From Utricularia gibba (lineage: Eukaryota > Plantae > Magnoliophyta), in contig NEEC01000004.1 of NCBI GenBank assembly GCA_002189035.1, forward strand, positions 4,216,001 to 4,280,000: a stretch of 64,000 nucleotides of DNA. Direction: 5' to 3'. Positions 1 to 12,573 of this stretch are shown one piece after another (position 1 is the stretch's first letter; each line of letters opens with the position of its first letter). Under the pieces are notes generated by a model. That model did no database searches, was not told where the DNA came from, and saw only the letters and a list, made by a program, of their open reading frames with translations. Position numbers and translations under genes: made by a program.

Positions 1-2028
1 GAATCAGATTTGCATAAAAGGCTATCAACAAGAAGGCGACGGCAATGGCCAGGAAGATGAGGCCAAACATCACTTTGTTCGGCAACAATCTCATGAAATC
101 CATGGGCCTGAACGGAGAGGTGAATACGTTCACGAATATTGCGATGGTGGCGATGGCGGAGATCAGGGCGGCATTACTGGAATCGATGAAAACTGTGAAC
201 GTGCTCCTATCTTTGAAATTCGGCATCCCATCGGGACTGTTGCCGCCGGGAAATGTGATAACCCCTGCGAATGCAACCGTGGCCACCAGTGACGCCACGA
301 AGGAGCATGAAGTCACGATGGAAAGAATCCAGTTCTTTTCCTTCTCCACAAGCTCGCGATGCTCTTCTAGGAACACAGCCCAAGGAGTTTTCTTATCTTC
401 ATTCAAGCCCATCTTTTGCAAGGATGCACTATATCCTCAATTGCCTGGACACAAAGAAGCACAATCAATATTGCCAGTCAGTCAAAACAGACATATGGAT
501 GATCCAAGAGGAAGAGAGCAACAATACAGTCACTTAATCAAATGAGATAAAAAAAAAAAGATGGTCGACGAGTTCCATGTTTTCATCCATTATCACCTGA
601 AACCATAGCAACTCGCGCCGCATCTCGAAGATGGTGTCGCGGTAAGTATAATGGTAGCTTTGTTTCGGATTACGTGCCACCAAATGCAGCAAATTATTGC
701 TCCTTTCTCGGTAAAATCCGCACCACATGTTGTTTCCCCCTTGCACGTACCGTTTTTGTAGGAACTCGAATATCTTTCTCCGGCGATGCATCAAGGCTAG
801 TTTGATCGCAGTAGTGCCGTCGTCGTCGCTAAAGTTGATAGCATCCGGATGCGAATCAACTATCTCTTTCACAATCTCAATCACCCCGTTCTGCGTAGCG
901 ACGAAGAGCGGTTCCATGAGAAAATCTTTAGCTCGTCCGTGGGCTTCCACATTGATCACTTCACACAGCTTTTTCACAAGCGGGACTGCTTGGCAATTCC
1001 GATTTCCTGCAATTTCTGAAACTTGTGATTCCTGAAGTACGAATCCAACTTTCAATAATAGTAGTGCCACCTGGTGATGGCGTCTCCGAAATTATATCCG
1101 TCTCTGGACTACCTAGAAACCGAGATTAGATTTGTTCACTGGTTCTAGAAACCCAGAGCTCGAAATGTATTTTTCCAGGCAAGCAGGCTTACAGTAGTAA
1201 AAAAGGGATTTCAAGATCCCGAGTTTCATCACACTTCGAAAGGCAGAGGAGTTCCATGCCAGCATGTTCAATGGGAGGCACATTGTTTCCCTGCTCATAG
1301 CAAGATATCGTTTTTTCTCCACCATCCACAGAGCGAGATCTGGAAACAAGAGCCATACTCCTCAAATGGGAATCATTTTCATCCGTTCAAACCAATGTTT
1401 GGGCAGTTTTCAGTGCATACCGTAAAGCTGGAAACTAAGAGCGAAATCCATGAATGATACCGCACCTGGTCCTTCAAGCACATCATCCATGTTTGTTTTC
1501 ATTTTCTCCATGAAAAGAAAGGTCATACTTTTATGGAGTTTCGCGGCGGCCAAGTGCACCGGCAGCAACGACTCCTTGTTCCTAGTCGCCAGCAGCACGC
1601 TGTTCTTCTCCACCAGAAGCTTAGCATCCTCTAAGCGCCCGTACTCCGCCGCGATGTGAAGCGGCGTGTTGCCCTGGTCGTCACCCAAGTTCAACTTGTC
1701 CCTGGGCATGAGCTCCACCAAATGTCTAATAATCCAAGGCTTTGGATTCGATTTCACTGCGACCATCAGGAGATTCTGACTCTTGGGCGGTAATGGCGTC
1801 CACAGTGCGTCGGGATGGTGTCTCGCAAAGTTCATCACAATCCCCATTCTCCGTTCGAAACGTAATCCGGTAGATCTGAATCCAGTTAACAATGATCTTG
1901 CAAATCAGACATCAGGACAAGAGATAAAAGCAAACATCATTTAGGGATGGGGCACCTTCAAGCGCTGGTTCATGCAACTGTGGATAGTAGCGAAGTGGAA
2001 AAGAAGTGGATGCCGAGCTTGAACTCAT
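1..2028 (-). CDS. Ankyrin repeat/PGG-domain membrane protein (ACD6/ITN1-like), paralog A; runs off the window start; frameshifted as assembled
   Basis: Manual splicing: exon 1 ATG at 2028 (MSSSSAS...), ankyrin repeats (GNTPLHIAAEYG, LLPVHLAA) in ORF 1410-1892, LFVATQNGVIEIVKEI...RELLWFQ in ORF 534-1070, intron 596-445, then AIEDIVHP...SCSFVASLVATVAFAGVITFPGG (PGG domain) and hydrophobic helices. Frame breaks at about 1843, 1030-1110 and 419. Confidence 0.8.
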
Positions 2029-3708
2029 TTCTTCCTCCTCAATGCACAACCAGCCTTCATTTATTTCTGCCAAGTGCTTCCTGCCGCCGTTCTACGTTCA
2101 TGGTGGATCATCCACAATTTAAACCCACAAAACAGTCAACTAATTCAAAACCACAAAACAATCATCCAGAAAGCTGTATCGGCCGCGGTCTTCAAATTTC
2201 TATACTGACTTGGCTTCTTTTCAGATTTCGTATTTTGTAAAATTGATTAAATAAGAATGAGATAATGTATATATAAAAAAAATCAATGATTTCAACATGA
2301 TGATTATGTTCTCTAGGTGGGGTTAGGATATATAGATACTGTGGATTTATCTATTCACATGCTTGAATACATTGATTAGTGATTTAAAAAAATTACGAAT
2401 TTCAATTTAAATATTTTCACGTATATTAAATTATTTTTTGAAACACTCAAATAAATTAATTTTTACTAAAAACTAAAGAAACTTAAAATATCATTTAAAC
2501 TAATTAAAAAAATAAAAAATCAAATAAAATTAGAAATATCAAGTCAATAAACACCCGTACCGGATTCAATCTTATTAGATTAGAATTATTAATTAGTAAG
2601 ATTTAAGAAATAAAAAAATAAAATAAATGAAGAAAAAAATTAGGTTTAAAATTAATTAGTTAATTAATCTGGGCCCCAATGCACCAGAAATGATATAAAA
2701 GTCGAATCAGTGATTCATAGTTCTATTGAAATTTTTATTTAATAATTAATTATTTATCAAGTCTTTAATACGACTTTTTACATTAAATTAGTAAAATTAA
2801 TTAAATCCACTTAATATATGCATTTATATTTCATCATAAATGTTAAATTAGATAAAAAAAATAAATTAAACATCTAATTCATAATATTAAATATCAAATT
2901 TCGATTTAATAAGATATATAATATTTTAAAAAAAGAAAGTCAAGCGGTAATCCTCTCCTGTTTCGTCTTCCCGGCGGCGGAACGGCCACCTTGTCACGTC
3001 ACCAATCTTTGAATAAAAATTTATAGTGGATGTATATTGTATTTCGTGAGGTCTTGGTTTCAGTTCATCAGTTTAATAATTTCTGTGTGCTATTAAATGC
3101 ACATGATGTGTTTTTTTAGAAAAAAAAATGGATAGATTTTTTATGTCCAAGCAATTGTTTTCTAATCAACTAATTTAAAAATAGTTATAAAGTTCATATC
3201 TATTTTAAACTATTTGAAATTGAAAGAAACAAGCGATTTTGACAAATTACTAATGCATACGAGTATGAGGAATTGATGTTTTTAAATAGTTAAATTGGTA
3301 TAAATAGATAATTAATCTAATGATCTTTCAGATTGATGTGGGCATCACGAATTAGTAGTAATGTCTTTTGAATTCGCAAATGCACCAGTAACCTTCAGAT
3401 GATGGTTTTTATTGATGATATATTAATATATTTTTAGATGAAACTTTTCACATACTTCATAGACCGATCGTGCAATGAAGTTCGAAACTCAAAAATAGCC
3501 TTATGGTTAGGGTGAATTGTTTATCAAATTTTATAATTATAGCTAGTAAAATTTATTGATAAAAATTAAAATATATAATTTGTTATGATAAAAACCGAGT
3601 TTGATCACAAAACGAACAAAACCAGTTCTGAACAGAACCAGCTCAACGCATCAACTGTTTCAAATGAAAACATAGCACAAGCAGAAGATTCTACATATCA
3701 AAGTGGAG

Positions 3709-6404
3709 CTAAGATCGATGGAAGGAAGACTTGAGTATGCGGTAAAGAGCTCTCCACTGCATAGCGCTGTAGAGTAGTATTGGTAGAGTCCCTGTAGCAA
3801 CAATCGCCATCTCCGATGGTTGGCTATGGGGAGCAACGGCGAGAAGCATACAGCAGATAAAGGAAACCATCAAACAGATGACTGAGACGGACAGGGAGAT
3901 GAGGCCTATGATCACTCTCCTTGGTAACGAGCTCATGAAATCCATGGGCCTGAACTGAGAGGTGAATACCGTCAAGAATGTCAGGACGGTGGTGACGGCG
4001 GCGGCAAGGGAGAGCATCGGCATATATGAACAAGCTGAAATTCTTTCCGTGTTTAAAATTTGGGATCCCATCGGAATTGTTGCCGCCGGGAACCGTGATG
4101 ACGGCCCCGAATGCAACTGTGGCTACTAGCGTCGCCACGACGGAGCATGAAGTGGCGATGGAAAGAATCCAACTCCTTTCCCCTTCAGCGAGCTCACGAT
4201 GCTCTTCTATGAACACAGTCCAGGGTCTTCTTGTCTTCATTCAACCCTGTCTTTTGAAAAGGATGGACGATCCTCTCGATCGCCTGAAACCATCGCAACT
4301 CGCGTTGCATCTCGAAGAAGGTGCTGCAGTTTGCATCAAGGTAGTTTCGTTTCGGATTACAGGCCACCAAATGCAGCAAATTGTTCTCCTTCTCCCGATC
4401 AAACCAGTACCACAAGTTGTGGCCCCTTTGCACGTACCGTTGCCGTAGGATGTTGAATATACTTATCTGGCGATGCGTCACCGATAGTTTGATTGCAGTG
4501 GTGCCATCTTCGTCCCTGAATTTGATAGCATCCGGATGCGAATCAAGTATCTCATTCACCATCTCAGTTATCCCGTTCTGCGTGGCGACGAAATCGGATC
4601 CATGAGATATTTTGTGGCTTTCTCTGCGTCTGCATGACAATTTATGATTTCACACAACTTCTTCACAAGCGGGATTGCATAGGAATGATTGATTTTTGCA
4701 ACGATGACATCTTCAGCTGGAAAAACCCCAATCCCTGCAACGATTCGAACCCAATCCTCTGAATAATAAGACGCAAAATTTTCATGGGAGGGAGCACATG
4801 CTTCATCGCTAGTGTTTACCTTGCAAGCCCATCAGCACACAGAACACAAGTAGTTTAACAACTGCGGTAAGAGGCTTGATAACTGGACTGAGAAGTTTTC
4901 CGATCAAAGAGGACTGAGCTGTCATGCTGTCTGCAGTAGCCGTGGAGATGACTGGTGATGGTGGAAACGTCTCCGAAGCTCCATATGTCTCTGGAATACC
5001 TGCGACGGATTTTCAATCGAATGTGCCATCAACAGAAGCTCAAGGCCTACTTTTCCTATAACAGGAAGATGGGGCAAGCAAGCTTACAGTAGTAGAAAAG
5101 TGTTCGCCAAAACCCCCATTTCCACCCACTTGGAAAGGCCGAGGAAGTCCTTGCCAACATATGCAAAGGGGGGCACATTGTCTCCATGCTCATAGCAAGA
5201 CTTGGTTGACGCTCCACTATCCACAGTGCTAGACCTGGAAACCAAAACACATTCCTTCCTCAAATGGGTATACACATCAAAAAATTTGGGTAGTGTGTAA
5301 TTCTGTATACCATAAAGTTGGTAGTTGAGAGCCAACTCCATAATTGCTACACCTCCTGTTCCCTCAAGCAGATCATCGTTTCTCATTTCTTTCAAAAAAT
5401 AAACTGTCATGCTTTTTTTGAGTTCCCTGGCGGCCAAGTGTACCGGCAGCAGCGATTCGTTGTTCTTCATGTTTAGTGGCTGGGGGTTCTTCTCCACCAA
5501 AAGCTTAGCATTCTCGATGCGCCCGTACTTGGCCGCGATGTGAAGTGGTGTGTCGCCCTTGCTGTCCTTCCAAATCAGCATACTACTGGACATTAGGCGC
5601 AACAGATCTTGAATAATTGACTGAGTTTGATTCGACTTCACAGCCACCATTAGGAGAGTTCTGTCGTTGGGTGCTAATCGCAATTTCAGTGCCTCGACGG
5701 GATGCTCTGTCACAATTTTCAGGACCTTGGTCCAGTTTCTTAGATTCACCGACTCTACTAGTTCCTGGCACCAACGTGGAGGCTCATCGCAGCCTTCCTC
5801 TAGATCTGAATTCACTTCTTCAATATCATGTAGCCCTTGTAAATAGAAATTGTCGGGAGAAATTATGTTAGCCAATCGTTCCTGGAAAAAAGATATCATC
5901 CGTGTGTTGCGATTCCTGGAGGCCAAATGAAGCGGAAGAGAGGATGCATAGTTTTTTCTGGTAAGCAATGCTCGGTTCTTTTCCACCAAAAGGTTTGCGT
6001 CTTCTATTGTCCCAAATTCAGCTGCGATGTGCAGCGCCGTGTTGCCTAACCAGTCGGCTGTAGTCAAATCTTTCGCACCCGTTAGATCCACCAGTTCTTG
6101 AATGATCGAAGAATTTTGGTGGGACTTCACCGCCAGCATAAGAAGAGTTTCGCCGGTGGGCGTGATCGGCTTCAAGATCTTCTCCGGGTGTTCCTTAACG
6201 ACCTCCATGACCCTCGTCCAGTCTCCTCTCTCGATCAAGTCTGGGTACCAACAGTATCAGAAAAAATGCTCGCTTACTTGAAAACTGATATATCACCTGA
6301 GTGTGATCGGCGAGACCCATACCGTTCAGTGTTTCTGCTCCATGCTCGCTTGCAGTTGGATGAACGAGCCCCGAGCTTGAAGCCGATTCACGCGCGGCAG
6401 ACAT
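3709..6404 (-). CDS. Ankyrin repeat/PGG-domain membrane protein (ACD6/ITN1-like), paralog B; frameshifted as assembled
   Basis: Exon 1 ATG at 6404 (MSAARESASS...) splices in phase 1 to DLIERGDW. ORF 5084-6238 holds two ankyrin modules. Downstream are VATQNGITEMVNEI...RELRWFQAIERIVHP, then SCSVVATLVATVAFGAVITVPGG and TM helices ending at 3709. Small deletions at about 4594, 4222 and 4010. Confidence 0.82.
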
Positions 6405-6430
6405 TTTCCATGGAAGGAAGTTCCGAAACA

Positions 6431-7292
6431 TCGTTCTGCAACGAGAGGTTGCCTTGAGGACCAGAAGGATGGATATGCTTCGGCCCCAGAACTCCCACCG
6501 GATTCTCTTAAAGATCAAACGGAAGCTTCCAGGAAGTCCAGAAATCGAAATACCGCTTGCTTCTCAGACCCCCAGCCCAGGCATGCAAGTCCTACCTGAC
6601 AACCTGCATTTTCCATTTATTGGTCAAAAAAAAGAAAAAAGAGTTCCATTCCCGTTTCATCTTCGCTGGCTGTGCCCCGGTCACATGGTGAAGAAGAAGA
6701 AAGGAGTCTGATGAAACCCAATCTGCTGATGAAATCTAGAACTCCCGTCCTTCTACCACCTGACAGTCATTGAGTGGCTGACCTTCTCGTAAAAAGGATT
6801 AGATTTGTTGCCCAAAAAAAAAAGCTGTCAAGCGTAATCCTCTCCTATTTCATCTTCTCCGGCAGCGGAACGGCCACCTTGCCACGTCACCGATCTTTGA
6901 GATTTCAAAACCATCGTTCTGCAACCGGAGGTTGCCTTGGGGACCACAAGAATAGATATGCTTCTGCCAAGAGAACGCCCACCGGATTCTCTTAAAGATC
7001 AGATGGGAAGCTTCCTCGACGCCCCTTCTGAATAATAAATAATTTTCCCAATGGAAGCTTCCCGGAGTTCAAAAATCCAATGGCGCTTCCTTCTCAGACC
7101 ACCCAGCCCAGGCACGCAAGTTCTACCTGCAACCTGCATTTTCAATATATAATATTTTATTTATTGCTCAAAAAAAAAAAAAAAAAAAGCGTTCCAGGCT
7201 GGCTGCCGGAAGGCCACATGTTGAAGAAGAAAGGAAAATGATGAGATCCCAAGCAGTTAATGAAAATATTATATTCTGATTTCTAGAACTCT
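6431..7292. repeat. Diverged local tandem duplication upstream of ankyrin paralog B (copies about 6431-6735 and 6914-7292)
   Basis: Both copies share in order TCGTTCTGCAAC..GAGGTTGCCTTG, CCACCGGATTCTCTTAAAGATCA, TTCTCAGACC..CCAGCCCAGGCA.GCAAGT.CTACCTG.CAACCTGCATTTTC, an A-run and GAAGAAGAAAGGA. Confidence 0.8.
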
Positions 7293-8840
7293 GTTCATGT
7301 TTTTTTCCGGGCGGCTGGCACTCGTTGTGGTTGCCCTTCTGGAAAGAAGGAATTTGTAAAAAATCATTGCTTTTAAAAATATTAGAAAAGTACCTCTATG
7401 TTTTAATTTTTAATTATATATATATATAGATATTTTTTCCCCTTTTGTTGTGCATAAATGTTTTAAATTTGTTTGTGTATACATGTATAATAAAATATTT
7501 AAAAAATATTATTATAAGTTAGGTTATTTTCAAAATATAAGAATAAAACTTTCATACATTGTGTGATCACTTCATATGCATATTTTTATAAAATTAAAAT
7601 AATAAAAAATCATTATGAATATGTATTAGATTTATTTTTTTGATGCATTGTCACCACGTGCAATAAAAAATTTATCTGAAAATGTAAAAAAAAGTTAAAT
7701 CAAAACATTTTTTAAAATAAATATGCATATAAGTGTATTTTAAATAAATATACCTACTTATTTTTAATATGTCAAATATATATTTATTTTCTTATTAATT
7801 TCTCTCATAAAAAAATGTATTCAATAAATAAATAAATAACTAATATTCATGAAATGTTTTTGAAAAATGAGTCATTTAGCAAACGACTTTTTCTCCCAAA
7901 AGGCCATTTTGTTAAATGACTGCATGTTGCTTTATCTTTTCAAGTCAAGGATTCCTCTTTTCCTTTGACATAAGGGTAATTCCATGGGTGTCCCAAACTA
8001 ATAGAGAAATTGGTGAAAATCTCCACATTAGCTCTATCTCAATGGTCAACTTTTCATCTTTTCCCATGAAGGGATTTTGACAAAAATAACATGGAATTAT
8101 CTGGCGAAATTTTCTCTATGGAGAATTCAGGATAAAAGAAACCATGAAGACAACTCCAAATATGCAGTATTTGGTGAAAAAATGATGCTTGCTAGATATA
8201 AAGTAATAAAATATTTAATGTAGAGTAAAATAAGAGAGAAATATAATGTAATAAAAAAAATATGATTTGAAAATATTAAAAATGATGAAATAGTGAAAAT
8301 TGATGCGATCGACCTAACAAAGAGCAAAGAGGAGCCAATGTTTCAACTGATGAGTCACATTCTGTTTAGGATTTAGCATTTTCATGTCCTCTGGTCTTCT
8401 CAAACGATACTTTGCATCGAATACCATTCTGTTTCTATACAAGAAATAAAAAGTAGTAATGGTATTTAAATGTAGTGGGATGATGCACAACTTGCTTTCT
8501 TCAAAGAAGTTTTGGGTTTGAAGGGGATCCCCAGAAAGCAAAGCACATGCAGAGAGAGGGGATAGGGAGAAAAATATAGGCCAGCAGTAAGATGACGATA
8601 CAAAACAAAAGACAAAAAACCAGATTGATCATTCTGGCCAAGTCATTCAGCAACCTACAACAGCTATCCATCCTCAACTGCCTGCAAGGCCTCCTTCTCT
8701 TTTGTCTGTTTCATGTTTTTACACCTTCAAAGTTTACTAACCTTCCTTTCCTCCAGTCCCATGTACAGAGAGATTGATTGCACACTGACCCACCCTTGTT
8801 TCCTGATTTTTCTTTTTGTTTTCTTCGTTCCCTGCTCCAT

Positions 8841-11197
8841 TCAGTATACAGCAACACGTAGAAGCCCCGGCTGGGGCTCTGAGAAGACGAGGCCTTCCTC
8901 CTCCAGGAGGTATCGCTGAACAGCGATGGGGAGTCTTGCTGGAGTTCGTGAACCCCTTGTGTGATGACCTGTACCCACACATATGTCAACAAGCAGCCGC
9001 TGGTCAGTCATGCGCGCTGCATTCCTCATCATCGCCAGCTCCCGCTTCAGGACATGGATGGCTTCACTCACATGTAAACCATGCAGGTCTATCAGTCTCT
9101 CTTGTCCACTGGAGTGCATCTCCGGATTCCTGAAACATGTTTTGTGAGTCTACATTTTCCAAGTAGTGAAAGATAGCAAGATAGACGCAGAGACGGGAAG
9201 TTCCTGGCTGATTTCAGGACCTCCCATAGCTAGTGAGTGATTATCGAAGTGACAAGTACTACCTTCATCATCTTGTGGTAGTGCAATTCTGCTGAACTCT
9301 TGGTGAAGCATTAAGCTTTATTTGCATGTCAAAGAACAATATACATGCCTAATGAAAAGCACACAAGTGCGAGTGCTGGACAGATGAGCCACCTTTGTTG
9401 ACGAAGTTTTGTTTTGCATGTGTGTAGGCCGCACATCATATAACACTCAAATCATATACCATTCATCTTGTAAAGTCAGTGAGCAAAGAACAAACCTGTG
9501 ACGGTAAATGGATTCTTGTGCTTTTCCATGAGCAGCCTTCATCTGCATGTTATATATATGCCCCTTGATGCTCAACTCCCTGGCCAAAGCTTTGTTCCCA
9601 TTGAGATATGCCTGACGTGCCTGATAAACGGAATATGCATTACCAAATCTACATATATGAGTGAAACGAAACGCAAACACTATTTGAGCACTTTTCTTAT
9701 TCAGTCGTATAAAACATGTACCTGCTCAAAGCATGCATTGCGCACCCGTGCATGATCACGTGCCTCCCTCTCATCTCAGAATACATATTTGCTGCCATCC
9801 CGAAAATATTACTTTCAAAGTCCTGTAGAATAATAAAAAAACATCATTGAAGAACATTACCAACAGCGGTCCCAGTTTCAAGCCAAGCTGGAGATGCATG
9901 AGCTGATCCTCTAGATGACAACCTATCGATGTGGCTTGCCTTACCCAAGCCACCATCATATGAACTTCCCAAGTTGTGTGAGATTCTACTTGATCCAATG
10001 TTTGCATCTAAAGAGCCATTTCTTGAATAATTCCAAATTCCTGCATCTCGAGGTGCCATTTTCCGAACAGCTGAAGCAAAATCTGCAGCACCCCTGGAAG
10101 AAATTGATGAATTTGATCTGAAAAACAAACTGTTCTCCTTTCCAGATGCATGATGAAGCCTAGTACTTAAATGCTGAGCATCGCTAGAAAAGTTTGCTGA
10201 GCCATTTTGACCATCAGTAGCTGTGAGAGCAGGAAAATCCAATGCAGTAAGTGTCGGAGCAGATAAGGTCTTAGACTCAAAACTCTGGTTCAATCCTCCA
10301 TCAACCTGAAGCTGCAAAAGAAAAGGCCATGGAAACCAATTAAGTAACCAAAATCTACATAATCATCATATTACAGAGCAGCACATTTCAAGCATGAGGT
10401 CAGAAAGGTGATAAATCTAAAGAAGTACAAAGCATGTAAAAGCTTAAGTTGCTTACCTCAAGCTGAGTAAGCATATCAATGGTCAGGTTTAAGTCACCTC
10501 CATTAGCAAAGAAAACCTCTGCGAGACTTTCAACTGCAAAACCAGGAAACTCTGAAGCTAAAAACCTGAGGGGGCTTGCAGCCGCATTTTCTTCCAACAA
10601 GGTCTCATTTGAAATGTCCAAGGGGAAACTGTTTTGTGAATTCTCACTATATGAATGATTCCCTCTTACGTGGAGGTGATCATTTCCGATATTTTGCCTG
10701 TCCCAAGGCTTACCAACAGAAGGTTGAAACATGGGATACTCACGCCTTAGTTGTTCACTGTTTTGATGACCATCAAGTAAATGAGAAGGTAAGCCTTGAT
10801 CCTTAGAAATAAAGCCAGAAGACATGAAACTTGACCCGTCATCAGTCTCACTCAATGATAAGCTCGATAAGGGTAAGCTTTTTATCCCTTGAGTATCATC
10901 TATACCCATTAAATTGAAGTCAGGAGTAATATCATCGGGGAGCTGACAGCGCCAGTATTGCTGAACCTCATCATCAGAGTTATTGGAAACTGATGACTCT
11001 GATCTGCCTAATACTGCTTTTCCGTGGGTGGCTGCAGTAGCAGCTGCAAACTTAGATGATGCATTAACATGGGTTAAACCTGCATCAGATGTTCTGAGAG
11101 CCAGAGGAACAAACTCCGCGGCATTTGGATTCAAAGGTGCCTTCATCGCACTAAACTTCTTGTCACCATGCGAGATTTCATTTACAGACAAGTTCAT
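8841..11197 (-). CDS. CID7: PAM2/CUE/Smr-domain protein, poly(A)-binding-protein-interacting protein 7-like
   Basis: PAM2 motif LNPNAAEFVP, CUE-like FPGFAVESLAEVFFANGGDLNLTIDML, DUF1771-like ARQAYLNGNKALARELSIKG and Smr domain IDLHGLHVSEA...VGTGHH. GT-AG exons can be joined. One 1-bp deletion at about 9766. Confidence 0.9.
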
Positions 11198-12573
11198 TAT
11201 ATCACTTATTGCCAATTCACTCTTTCGTTATCCTCCAAATGAAGTAAACAACGTGGGGTACATAAAAAATACTTCTTAAATTATGAGGAGTGCAAGAGTA
11301 ATAACGAATCACCCGAGCCCTGCAAACGAGTGAGTTGCTTGAAGTCAAAAGCTCAATAATCACACCAAACTACTACACTCAGTGAAGTGCAATTCTAGAA
11401 AACCTTGCAAATAGAGACACCATGATATATTTCGTGAGCTCCTGGTGAACCAAAGCAACTATGCAATGAATCAATTCAAACCAAATAAACTTTTTCAGCA
11501 AGCACCGTTGTTGCAAAAACAGGTAAACGAGCCAATGAAGGCCAACATGAGAAGTAAAATGTGTAATATTAAAAAAAAACTATTACTATCACGAAATCCA
11601 AGTAAATAAATGCAACTACAGTGACAACTTGATTCCTACTCTGAACACACTGCAACAAAAAAGAAAAATCAATAAAAAACAAAAACAAACAACAAGAAGC
11701 TAAACAAACGTCGAAGATCCAGCAAAGAATATGCACATACAAGAGAGCCCACAACTTGAACCACAAAACCACAGCTTTATCACAATAGATCTCCAGTAAT
11801 TCAACCCAAAAACAAGATTAGAAACAACCAAACAAGTGGGTCTCTCAGGCATACCTTTACGAACATCCATAACGAAAGAAAGGACTCCCAGTTGATCCAT
11901 TACTGCACAGAAACAGAGAGGCTAAGGAAAATGAGCTGGGGTGGGAGAGAAGTGAAACCAGAGGCGGTGAAATCCAATAATTGCTACCTTGGGTGCTAGT
12001 TTTCGTTGCTGGATTTTGGGTCACCTTTGTTTGCAGCGGTGTCTACTCGAAGTTCTCTCTCCAATCTGTCTATCTCTGTTTCCGACCCTCCCTTTCCTTC
12101 TCTCTCTACTTCCTCTTCAGAGAGTTGTACAATCCCAGCAGTCTGCTTAGGCTTCAAGACCACAAAAATAGGTTTTTGCTTTCTCCTCCCCACCTTGGTT
12201 TCCCCATTCCAACCATCAATTTTAAGTGTTTTCTCTTCAATACTTCGTGATGTATAAATTCAGTTGCGTGCAATGAAAAGTCATTATATACTAAATTAGT
12301 TGTACGGAATCGGCCCATTGGATCAACCGTTTTCGTTGGCCCAACAGTTTAAAAATAATTATATTATTTTTAAAAATAGAGAATTTTAATTTAATTTAAT
12401 TTATTTTTTATTTTTAGATAAATAATAATATGGTTAAATAAAATAAAACCATGCAGTGCAGTGCACCAGATTGAGGATAAGGTATCTGAAGGAACGTAGA
12501 TCGGCGTCGGCAACTGGACAAAGCTTTCACCTTCTACCACCGCATCGTCATCTCCATCCTCTGTCCTAAGAAA

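Noticed and set aside
45-545. 166-aa plus-strand ORF (also 727-1035 and 4026-4448)
   Set aside because: Antisense shadows of the ankyrin-PGG exons, which carry the recognisable motifs.
4741-4757. GGTTCGAATC tRNA B-box-like motif on the minus strand
   Set aside because: Lies in an ankyrin intron near the acceptor; no cloverleaf or A box.
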